From: Verrucomicrobiota bacterium
Lineage (GTDB): Bacteria > Verrucomicrobiota > Verrucomicrobiia > Limisphaerales > UBA9464
Reading direction: 5' to 3'
Assembly: GCA_046346705.1 (NCBI GenBank)
Contig: JAXMHR010000014.1
Location: forward strand, 84,106-148,105
DNA: 64,000 bases
The position numbers and the translations under genes were made by a program. The notes beneath the pieces were generated by a model, which did no database searches, was not told where the DNA came from, and saw only the letters and a list, made by a program, of their open reading frames with translations. The first letter of the stretch is position 1, and each line of letters opens with the position of its first letter. Below are positions 43,868 through 51,092 of this stretch, piece after piece.

Positions 43868-44799
43868 GGGTTCCGGTATTCCCTGTGGCACGCGGTGCAC
43901 GTCCGGCCGAGGTCACGTAAGGCCGCTTCACGGACTTCGGCGTCACTGGATGCCACGACCTCCTTCAGATGGTGTGCGGCCGCTTCGGCTTCCCCCAGCC
44001 GGGTGCGGTATCCGGCGGGTTTGGCACCCGGGGCGGGCTGGCGACTCCATTCCCGGAGTTGTTCCCAAAGCAGGACCGCCTCCTCGGAAGGCGCGGTTGT
44101 CTTCCGCTCCAGCGCGGTTCGGATTCGGTCGAGGTGGGCGTCGAGTTCCACCATCACGGCGACTTCGGACGTCGTGACGTTCACCTCCGGAAGCGGCCCG
44201 ATGCGATCCAACTCGGCCGCCGACGGCAGGGTGAAATTTCGGACCGCCCGGTGGAGTCCCGGGTAGTCGGACGACGTTCCCGCCTGTCGAAGAAACGCGC
44301 GGGCGTCGTCCGGAGTCCATGTTCCGGAGGCCATGGCCACGATGGCGGCGGCGGTGGGACCCCGATGGAGTCCGTGGTGGCAATGCACGTAGATCCCTCC
44401 GTTGGTTTCCCCCGTGGCGACCCGCACCAGTTCCACGACGCGGTTGGACGGAATGCCGTCGTATCCAAACGGGAGATGAAGGTAGCGGAGTCCCTGCCGG
44501 TGCGCCGCCTCCAGGTCCGGGCGGGTGCCGTCCACGCTGAGCACGACCCGGATTCCCAGGCGGTGCAATTCGGCGAAGGCGTCGTCGCCCGCCGGCTGGG
44601 CTCCCGACCAGAGCCGGGGGGAAATCTGGAAACAGTGGGGCAACCGGTCCGAAGCGAGCGGTCGCGCCGGGGATCCGGGTCCGGGGTCCTGGGCCACGGC
44701 CAGTAATGCGGCAAGCGCCGTGGCGAGGGCGAGGATCCTCGCATGTCGGGAGGCTCCCGGGCGGCGAGTCGCCGAAGATGATGGCAGGTCCGCTCCCAT
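43864..44799 (-). CDS. exported PTP-fold (DUF442/DSP-like) phosphatase fused to a cytochrome c-prime-like haem domain
   Basis: ORF track 43864..44946. Start moved to MGADLPSSSATRRPGASRHARILALATALAALLAVA (ATG 44799). Active-site loop VHCHHGLHRG (HCxxGxxR). Helical C-terminal ~120 aa ends in CTACHREYRNP, a CxxCH a few residues from the C-terminus as in class II c-type cytochromes. Confidence 0.65.
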   Translation of the reverse strand: MGADLPSSSATRRPGASRHARILALATALAALLAVAQDPGPGSPARPLASDRLPHCFQISPRLWSGAQPAGDDAFAELHRLGIRVVLSVDGTRPDLEAAHRQGLRYLHLPFGYDGIPSNRVVELVRVATGETNGGIYVHCHHGLHRGPTAAAIVAMASGTWTPDDARAFLRQAGTSSDYPGLHRAVRNFTLPSAAELDRIGPLPEVNVTTSEVAVMVELDAHLDRIRTALERKTTAPSEEAVLLWEQLREWSRQPAPGAKPAGYRTRLGEAEAAAHHLKEVVASSDAEVREAALRDLGRTCTACHREYRNP

Positions 44800-44946
44800 G
44801 GTGCCGACCCGGGGAACATGCCGGCGGGGTCGCCGATGGGGAAACGATTTCGCGGGACGACGAATGATGTGGACTCCGGATCGTGAAACGAAAAACCCGC
44901 TAGCCCGGGGCGCGGGGTGGCGGGGGATCGATCCGGAGCGAAGCAA

Positions 44947-45417
44947 TTACTTCGCGGGTTTCTCCTTCGGCTCAGGAGCGGCTCCGCCGGCGTCGGGCGT
45001 CGGACGGGGACGGCGGCCTTCGCGCATCTTCTGCCACTTCGCGAACTGGTCTGCGGTCAGAATCGACTTGGCCGTTGCGGCGAAGGAATCCCGCAGCTCG
45101 CGCATCTTGGCGGTCCGCTGTTCCGGGTTCAGGCTGGCGTCGTCGCGCACGGCGCGCACTTTGTCCGCCTGATCCTTCTGGGCGGCCCGGAGCTTGTCGC
45201 GCTGGTCGTCGGTCAGTCCGAGTTCGGCCATGGCGGCATCCCGGCGTGCCCGGGCTCCCTCGGCAGCCTCCGGGGGCGGCTTCTGCTTCGGCTTCTCGGC
45301 GGACGGCGCGGGCGTCGGCTTCGGGGCCGGATCCTCGGCCCGAAGGCCGACGGGGATCAGAACAAGTGCGGCCAGCGTCAGGGACGCGGCACGGGAAAGA
45401 GAACGTTTTGAATTCAT
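44947..45417 (-). CDS. periplasmic Spy/CpxP-like (LTxxQ motif) protein
   Basis: 156 aa. Signal peptide. Two LTxxQ motifs (LTDDQRDKL, LTADQFAKW). Lys/Pro-rich ends. Confidence 0.5.
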   Translation of the reverse strand: MNSKRSLSRAASLTLAALVLIPVGLRAEDPAPKPTPAPSAEKPKQKPPPEAAEGARARRDAAMAELGLTDDQRDKLRAAQKDQADKVRAVRDDASLNPEQRTAKMRELRDSFAATAKSILTADQFAKWQKMREGRRPRPTPDAGGAAPEPKEKPAK

Positions 45418-45564
45418 AGTTCGCCGATAATGACGGCGGGCGGTGTCGGAAGGTTACATCCGGCTTTCCCAGGGGAGGATTCCTCCCGGCAACTGGACAA
45501 TTCCGGAGACAATCTATGGCAAAATTCCGCAAGCCCTGCCCGGCCGCCGCGCTATAGTTCGGGT

Positions 45565-46416
45565 GTGGTTTACGCGGTTTCATTCCCCCGTCGGCGCCGC
45601 AGTTCTGGGTTCACGCTCCTGGAACTGCTCGTCGTCGTCGGGATCATCGCCATTCTTGCCGGGCTCCTTCTGCCCGCCCTGGGCAAGGCCAAGTCCCAGG
45701 CCCGAAAAGTGAACGAGATGTCGTCCGCCCATCAGATCATGCTGGCCTGGACGATGTATGCCGACGATCACGGGGAGCGCGTGCTGAAGGGATACCGCCA
45801 CTTTGCACCGGGCGAGGAACTGCCCGTGGACAACATCGGCAAACCTGTGCCGCATCCCATCAACTGCCGCTACCCGTGGCGCCTCGCACCGTGGCTGGGG
45901 AAGAGCTTTGCCACGATGTACGCCAACGAGAACCGTCCGTTGTTGGAACAATTCCAGCATATGTCCGATCCGTTCATCGGTACCTACGCTGCCAGCGTGT
46001 TTCCCTCGCTGGGGATCAATGCGACCTTTGTGGGGGGGGATGATCTGGAACTGCCCCCGGAGCCCCGTGCCTTCGAGCGGTTCGGGCCTTTTTGTGTCCT
46101 CAAGACCTCGGACGCCCGGCGCCCCAGCGACCTGATGGTCTTCACCTCCGCCCGGGGGCCGTTTGAAGGCAAGGTCGTCAACGGGTTCTATTTGGTGAAG
46201 TCCCCGTACTTCATGGCGCGGCGCTGGTCGGAGGATTTCCATCCAGGGGACGGCCCCGAAGCCTGGGGGCATGTCCACCCGCGGTATTCCAATCGGGCGT
46301 TGGCCAGCATGGTGGACGGCCATGTCGAAGCCCTGGACCGACGCGAGTTGGAGGATATGCGCCATTGGGCCAATCAGGCGGACCGGCCCGACTGGACGCT
46401 TCAGCGGGTGAAGTAA
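45565..46416 (+). CDS. prepilin-type N-terminal cleavage/methylation domain protein (pseudopilin-like, DUF1559/H-x9-DG-like)
   Basis: GFTLLELLVVVGIIAILAGLLLPALGKAK class III signal. C-terminal ...ASMVDGHVEAL. There is no ATG before the signal, so the start was set at the in-frame GTG 45565 (low certainty). ORF track 45430..46416. Confidence 0.75.
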   Translation: MVYAVSFPRRRRSSGFTLLELLVVVGIIAILAGLLLPALGKAKSQARKVNEMSSAHQIMLAWTMYADDHGERVLKGYRHFAPGEELPVDNIGKPVPHPINCRYPWRLAPWLGKSFATMYANENRPLLEQFQHMSDPFIGTYAASVFPSLGINATFVGGDDLELPPEPRAFERFGPFCVLKTSDARRPSDLMVFTSARGPFEGKVVNGFYLVKSPYFMARRWSEDFHPGDGPEAWGHVHPRYSNRALASMVDGHVEALDRRELEDMRHWANQADRPDWTLQRVK

Positions 46417-46441
46417 CCGGGCGCGCCGGCGGGCGAACTGT

Positions 46442-46528
46442 TTGTAGTCCAGCCTTCAGGCTGATCCCCCTCCGTCTTTCTGCCGTCCTCGCGTCCCTGA
46501 AGAACAGGCTGAAGCCTGCACTACAAAC
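46442..46528. repeat. nested-hairpin intergenic repeat, copy B
   Basis: Arms TTGTAGTCCAGCCTTCAGGCTG (46442-46463) and CAGGCTGAAGCCTGCACTACAAAC (46505-46528). 41-nt spacer. Confidence 0.85.
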
Positions 46529-46549
46529 GCTTCAATCCCGACCCGCTCG

Positions 46550-46572
46550 TTCGTAGTCCAGCCTTCAGGCTG
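46550..46572. repeat. solo left arm of the same repeat
   Basis: TTCGTAGTCCAGCCTTCAGGCTG with no recognisable right arm downstream. Confidence 0.75.
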
Positions 46573-46654
46573 CCCCGCCATTGCGGTTGCGGGAACCCGG
46601 GATAGCGTGGCAGGCCGGGAGGGTTCCCGGAGGTCACCGTCAATTCCCCTGCAC

Positions 46655-47113
46655 ATGCCCGTTCACGTTCTCCAGCGCACGCAGCTCGTTTCCGCAACCC
46701 TGGCCCAGGCGTGGGCGTTCTTTTCAGACCCGCGGAATCTGCAGCGCATCACGCCCGCGTCCCTGGACTTCAAGATTCTCAGTGACCTCCCGGACCGCAT
46801 GTATGCCGGAATGATGATCCGCTACCGGGTGCGTCCGCTGCTGGGGATTCCGGTAACGTGGGTGACCGAGATCACGCACGTCGAGGAAGGGCGCCGGTTT
46901 GTGGATGAACAGCGCGTGGGGCCGTACCGGATGTGGCATCACGAGCACGAGTTTCGGGACGTCGGCGGCGGGAAGGTGGAGATCCGCGACCAGGTCACCT
47001 ACCAGCTCCCCTTCAGTTGGCTGGCGGAGCCGGTGCACGGGGTCTTGGTCCAGCCTAGACTGGACGAGATCTTTGCGTTCCGGACGAAGGCGGTGGGCGA
47101 AATTTTCCCTTAG
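46655..47113 (+). CDS. SRPBCC (START/Bet v1-like) superfamily protein
   Basis: ORF track 46607..47113. Start moved to MPVHVLQRTQLV (ATG 46655). FFSDPRNLQRITP, GPYRMWHHEHEF are typical of the SRPBCC subfamily often fused to YfcH-type epimerases. Confidence 0.65.
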   Translation: MPVHVLQRTQLVSATLAQAWAFFSDPRNLQRITPASLDFKILSDLPDRMYAGMMIRYRVRPLLGIPVTWVTEITHVEEGRRFVDEQRVGPYRMWHHEHEFRDVGGGKVEIRDQVTYQLPFSWLAEPVHGVLVQPRLDEIFAFRTKAVGEIFP

Positions 47114-47290
47114 TCGTGAGCTTCGACGAAGCCGATTCGGTCCGGTGATTTGCAGTCGGCCTGAACGAAGTCCCCTTTCTCCCTGAGGGGGATTCCTCCC
47201 GATTGGAGTCTTCCCGAGGATTTTGGTCGAGCGTGGCGGGGATTCTTGGCAACGTCTGCGGAACGCCCGTTCCACAATGGTTTGCCGCCC

Positions 47291-48379
47291 ATGAACCCGA
47301 TGCCATCGATTCCGCTGCCTTCCGCTCCCGCGTCACCCCGAGTTCGTTCCGCCCTGTTCGTGCGGTGGACCAGTGCCCTGCTGGCCGCGCTTCTATTGTC
47401 GAGTTGCAAACCCGACTCCGGTGCGGCCGGCTCCGGCGCCGCCCAGCCTTCAGGGAAAAAGAAGATCGCGTTCGTCAGCAACGGCGTCGCCTCGTTCTGG
47501 ACCATCGCCGCCGCGGGAGTGAAGGCCGCCGGGGAGAAGGTTGGCGTGGACACCACGACGCTCATGCCGGTGGAGGGCATCAGCGACCAGAAGCGGATCA
47601 TCGAGGACCTGCTCACCCGCGGCATCGATGGTATCGCGGTCAGCCCGATTGATCCCGCGAACCAGACCGAGCTGCTCAACCGCGTCGCCCAGCGCACCGG
47701 TTTGGTGACCGCGGATTCCGATGCGCCGGACAGCGACCGCGCCGTGTACATCGGCATGGACAACTACCAGGCGGGCCGGCTCTGCGGTGACCTCGTGCGC
47801 GAGGCCATGCCCAAGGGCGGCACCGTGATGTTGTTCATTGGACGCCTCGAGCAGGACAACGCCAAGCGCCGCCGCCAGGGCGTCATCGACGCGATTCTGG
47901 GACGTCCCTCCAACCCGGGAAACTTTGATCCCCCGTCCGCAGTGATCGAAGGCAATGGCTTCAAGATTCTGGGCACGCTCACCGACCAGTTCGACCGGGC
48001 CAAGGGCAAGGCGAACGCCGAGGATGCACTGGCCAAGTATCCGGACCTCGGCTGCATGGTGGGACTCTTCGCCTACAATCCGCCGCTCATGCTGGAGGCC
48101 CTCGCCCAGGCCAACAAACTGGGGAAGGTTCAGGTGGTGGCCTTCGACGAGGACGACGCGACGCTGGCCGGGATCCAGAAGGGAACCGTCCACGGCACGG
48201 TCGTCCAAAACCCCTACATGTACGGATACAAGTCGGTGGAAATCCTGTCCGAACTGGCCAAGGGCAACAAATCCGTGATTCCCGCCGGGAAGTTCATCGA
48301 CATTCCGGCGCGCCAGATCCGGAGGGGCGACGTCGACGCGTTCTGGGCCGAACTCAAGGTCCGGACCGGCGCGAAATGA
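47291..48379 (+). CDS. sugar ABC transporter periplasmic binding protein (RbsB-like, Peripla_BP_4)
   Basis: Start moved to MNPMPSIPL (ATG 47291). Signal with SSCK lipobox-like site. KKKIAFVSNGVASFWT, GIDGIAVSPID, VVAFDEDDATLAGIQKGTVHGTVVQNPY. Confidence 0.85.
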   Translation: MNPMPSIPLPSAPASPRVRSALFVRWTSALLAALLLSSCKPDSGAAGSGAAQPSGKKKIAFVSNGVASFWTIAAAGVKAAGEKVGVDTTTLMPVEGISDQKRIIEDLLTRGIDGIAVSPIDPANQTELLNRVAQRTGLVTADSDAPDSDRAVYIGMDNYQAGRLCGDLVREAMPKGGTVMLFIGRLEQDNAKRRRQGVIDAILGRPSNPGNFDPPSAVIEGNGFKILGTLTDQFDRAKGKANAEDALAKYPDLGCMVGLFAYNPPLMLEALAQANKLGKVQVVAFDEDDATLAGIQKGTVHGTVVQNPYMYGYKSVEILSELAKGNKSVIPAGKFIDIPARQIRRGDVDAFWAELKVRTGAK

Positions 48380-48392
48380 GTGCGGTCCGGCG

Positions 48393-49886
48393 ATGACGGC
48401 GCCCCTGCTTCAGGCCGAGGGATTGACCAAGTCGTATCCGGGCGTCCGCGCGCTCCGGGGCGTCGGACTCTCCGTGCGGTCCGGCGAGGTGTTGGCCGTC
48501 ATCGGCGAAAACGGCGCGGGCAAGAGCACGTTCATGAAGATCCTGGCCGGGGTCCAGCAGCCCGATTCCGGCGGGATCCACGTCTCGGGTGCGTCGGTCC
48601 GAATGCGCTCGGTGCAGGAGGCGCAGGCGCTCGGCATCGCCCTGATCCATCAGGAGCTGAACCTCGCCGAGAATCTGGACGTGGCGGACAACCTGTTCCT
48701 CGGACGCGAGCGCCTTCGCCACGGATTGATCGACACCCGTCGTCAGCACGCCGAGGCGCGCCGGCACCTCGGGATGGTGGGGCTCGACGTCGAACCGTCG
48801 GTGCCCGTGGGCACCCTCAGCCTGGGACAGCGCCAGTTGGTGGAGATTGCCAAAGCCCTGTCGGTCGATGCCCGGGTGGTGATCTTCGACGAACCGACTT
48901 CGAGCCTGTCGAGTGGCGAGGCGGCCAATTTGTTCCGTGTGATCCGGGATCTGCGCTCCCGCGGCGTTGCTGTGATCTACATCTCCCACCGGTTGGGTGA
49001 GGTGAAGGAACTGGCGGACCGCGTGGTGGTCCTGCGCGATGGCGAGAATGCCGGGGAACTGGCGCGCGAGGAGATCGGCCACGCCGCCATGGTGCGCCTG
49101 ATGGTGGGACGGGACCTGTCCCAATTCTACGCCCACGAGTCCCTGGCCCCGGGCCGGCCCCTGTTGGAGGTGGAGGGGCTTCGGACCGCGGCGCATCCGC
49201 GCCATGCCCTGCAGTTTCGCGTGCACGCCGGCGAGATTGTCGGCGTCGCGGGCCTCGTCGGTGCGGGGCGCACGGAAATGCTCGAAGCGCTTTTCGGAGT
49301 GACGCCCGCGGTCGGGGGCGTGGTGCGGGTGGACGGCGTGGAGTCGCGTCCGGAATCCCCCCAGGATGCCATCCGCGCCGGACTCGCCCTGGTCCCCGAG
49401 GACCGCAAGCGCCAGGGCGTCATTTTGGAAATGGCGGTGCGCGAGAACGTGAGCCTCGCGGCCCTGCGCCAGGATTCCCCGCGCGGATTCCTGAACCGAC
49501 TTTGGGAGAACTCGCTCGCCGCGGAGACCATCCGGAACCTGCGGGTCAAGACGCCCTCGCCGCTCCAGTCCGTGCAGTTTCTCTCGGGCGGCAACCAGCA
49601 GAAGGTCGTGCTGGGAAAATGGCTGGCGTTGAAACCGAAGGTGCTGCTGATGGACGAGCCCACCCGGGGCATCGACGTCGGCGCGAAGCATGAGATTTAT
49701 CGCCTGATGGAGGATCTCGCCCGGGAGGGCGTGGCCATTTTGTTTGTGTCCAGTGAACTCGAGGAGGTCCTCGGCCTCTCGGACCGCGTCCTCGTGCTGC
49801 ACGAGGGCCGGATCACCGGGGAACTGCCCCGCTCGGCCCTCAGTGAGGAGGCCGTGCTCCACCTTGCGACGAATACCTCCGCCTGA
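48393..49886 (+). CDS. sugar ABC transporter ATP-binding protein (duplicated ABC domains, RbsA/MglA-like)
   Basis: 497 aa. Walker A GENGAGKST, signature LSLGQRQ, second-domain signature LSGGNQQK, Walker B LLMDEPTRGID. Confidence 0.9.
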   Translation: MTAPLLQAEGLTKSYPGVRALRGVGLSVRSGEVLAVIGENGAGKSTFMKILAGVQQPDSGGIHVSGASVRMRSVQEAQALGIALIHQELNLAENLDVADNLFLGRERLRHGLIDTRRQHAEARRHLGMVGLDVEPSVPVGTLSLGQRQLVEIAKALSVDARVVIFDEPTSSLSSGEAANLFRVIRDLRSRGVAVIYISHRLGEVKELADRVVVLRDGENAGELAREEIGHAAMVRLMVGRDLSQFYAHESLAPGRPLLEVEGLRTAAHPRHALQFRVHAGEIVGVAGLVGAGRTEMLEALFGVTPAVGGVVRVDGVESRPESPQDAIRAGLALVPEDRKRQGVILEMAVRENVSLAALRQDSPRGFLNRLWENSLAAETIRNLRVKTPSPLQSVQFLSGGNQQKVVLGKWLALKPKVLLMDEPTRGIDVGAKHEIYRLMEDLAREGVAILFVSSELEEVLGLSDRVLVLHEGRITGELPRSALSEEAVLHLATNTSA

Positions 49887-49909
49887 ACCCGCGTCGCCCT
49901 GCCTCCACC

Positions 49910-50890
49910 ATGAGAAAAATCCTCGGCATCACCGCACTGCTGGTCGTCGTGTGCGTGCTGACCGCCCTCGCCAGCCCGAGCTTCCTGAGCGGCTACAATC
50001 TCGAGAACCTGATCCGTCGGACCGCGCTGTTCGGCATCATCAGCATCGGCGTCGCCTTTGTGATCGTGACGGGCGGCATTGATCTCTCCATCGGCTCGGT
50101 GGTGTGCCTCGTCGGCTGCGGTGTCCCGTGGCTCCTGACCGTGCACGGGTGGCCGGTGCCGGCCGCGCTCGCGGCGGCGGCGGTGGTCTCGGTGGGCATC
50201 GGACTCTTTCACGGACTCCTAATCACGCGGCTCGGCCTGCCGCCGTTCGTGGTGACGCTGTGCGGCCTGCTGCTGTACCGCGGCATTGCGCGCGGGTTCA
50301 CCCGCGACCAGACGGTGGGATTTGGCGCCGGCTACAAGGGGCTCCGCGTCCTGGCCACGGGCGAGATTCCGCTGCCGTTCGTTTCGGGATTTTCCGTGCC
50401 GTCCCCGTGGCTTTTCCTCATTGCCGTGGCGGTGCTGGCCTCGGTGTTCCTCAACCGGACGATTTACGGACGCTACCTTCTGGCCCTCGGCAGCAACGAA
50501 CAGGCGGCGCGCTACAGCGGCATCAACACGGGTCGGATGACCGTGCTGGCTTATGTGATCAGCTCATCGCTGGCCGGACTCGGTGGATTGCTGTTCGTCC
50601 TGGATGTGAACTCCGCGCAGCCCGTGGACTTTGGAAATTTCTACGAGCTGTACGCGATTGCCGCGGCCGTGCTCGGGGGATGCAGCCTTCGTGGCGGCGA
50701 GGGAACCATTCTCGGAGTCATCGTGGGGGCGGCCCTGATGCAGGTGTTGCGCAACATGATCACGCTGGTCACCACCCACAATAACGTGGAGTTCGCCATC
50801 ATCGGCGCGGTGATTCTGGCCGGGGTGATTGCCGACGAGGTGGTGCGGCGCCTGGCGCTGCGCCGCAAGGCCGCGCGCGAGGCGGCGTAG
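49910..50890 (+). CDS. sugar ABC transporter permease (RbsC-like, BPD_transp_2)
   Basis: 326 aa. TGGIDLSIGS motif. About 9-10 TM helices. Confidence 0.9.
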   Translation: MRKILGITALLVVVCVLTALASPSFLSGYNLENLIRRTALFGIISIGVAFVIVTGGIDLSIGSVVCLVGCGVPWLLTVHGWPVPAALAAAAVVSVGIGLFHGLLITRLGLPPFVVTLCGLLLYRGIARGFTRDQTVGFGAGYKGLRVLATGEIPLPFVSGFSVPSPWLFLIAVAVLASVFLNRTIYGRYLLALGSNEQAARYSGINTGRMTVLAYVISSSLAGLGGLLFVLDVNSAQPVDFGNFYELYAIAAAVLGGCSLRGGEGTILGVIVGAALMQVLRNMITLVTTHNNVEFAIIGAVILAGVIADEVVRRLALRRKAAREAA

Positions 50891-50941
50891 GGTTCTGTCT
50901 TCGGCATGGCGGGGGGGCATCGGGGCACGACGAGCGGTCGT

Positions 50942-51035
50942 TGGTAGTCCAGCCTTCAGGCTGTCTTCGCTCCCCAAACGGAAGAACGCCGTCATCGTTT
51001 GGAGTCCGGGACAGGCTAAAGCCTGCACTACGAAC
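50942..51035. repeat. nested-hairpin intergenic repeat, copy C
   Basis: Arms TGGTAGTCCAGCCTTCAGGCTG (50942-50963) and CAGGCTAAAGCCTGCACTACGAAC (51012-51035). 48-nt spacer. Confidence 0.85.
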
Positions 51036-51092
51036 CGGGGCGCGCTGAACTTTGGCATTTGGAGGCGGGCCGACCCCGCGTACCCTGAGGCC

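Noticed and set aside
46442-46572. Whether the recurring ~22-nt arms could be a CRISPR array.
   Set aside because: The arms occur as inverted pairs with at most 1.5 units per locus, and the loci are scattered tens of kb apart. Spacing is irregular and no cas genes are present. They are REP/BIME-like elements, not CRISPR repeats.
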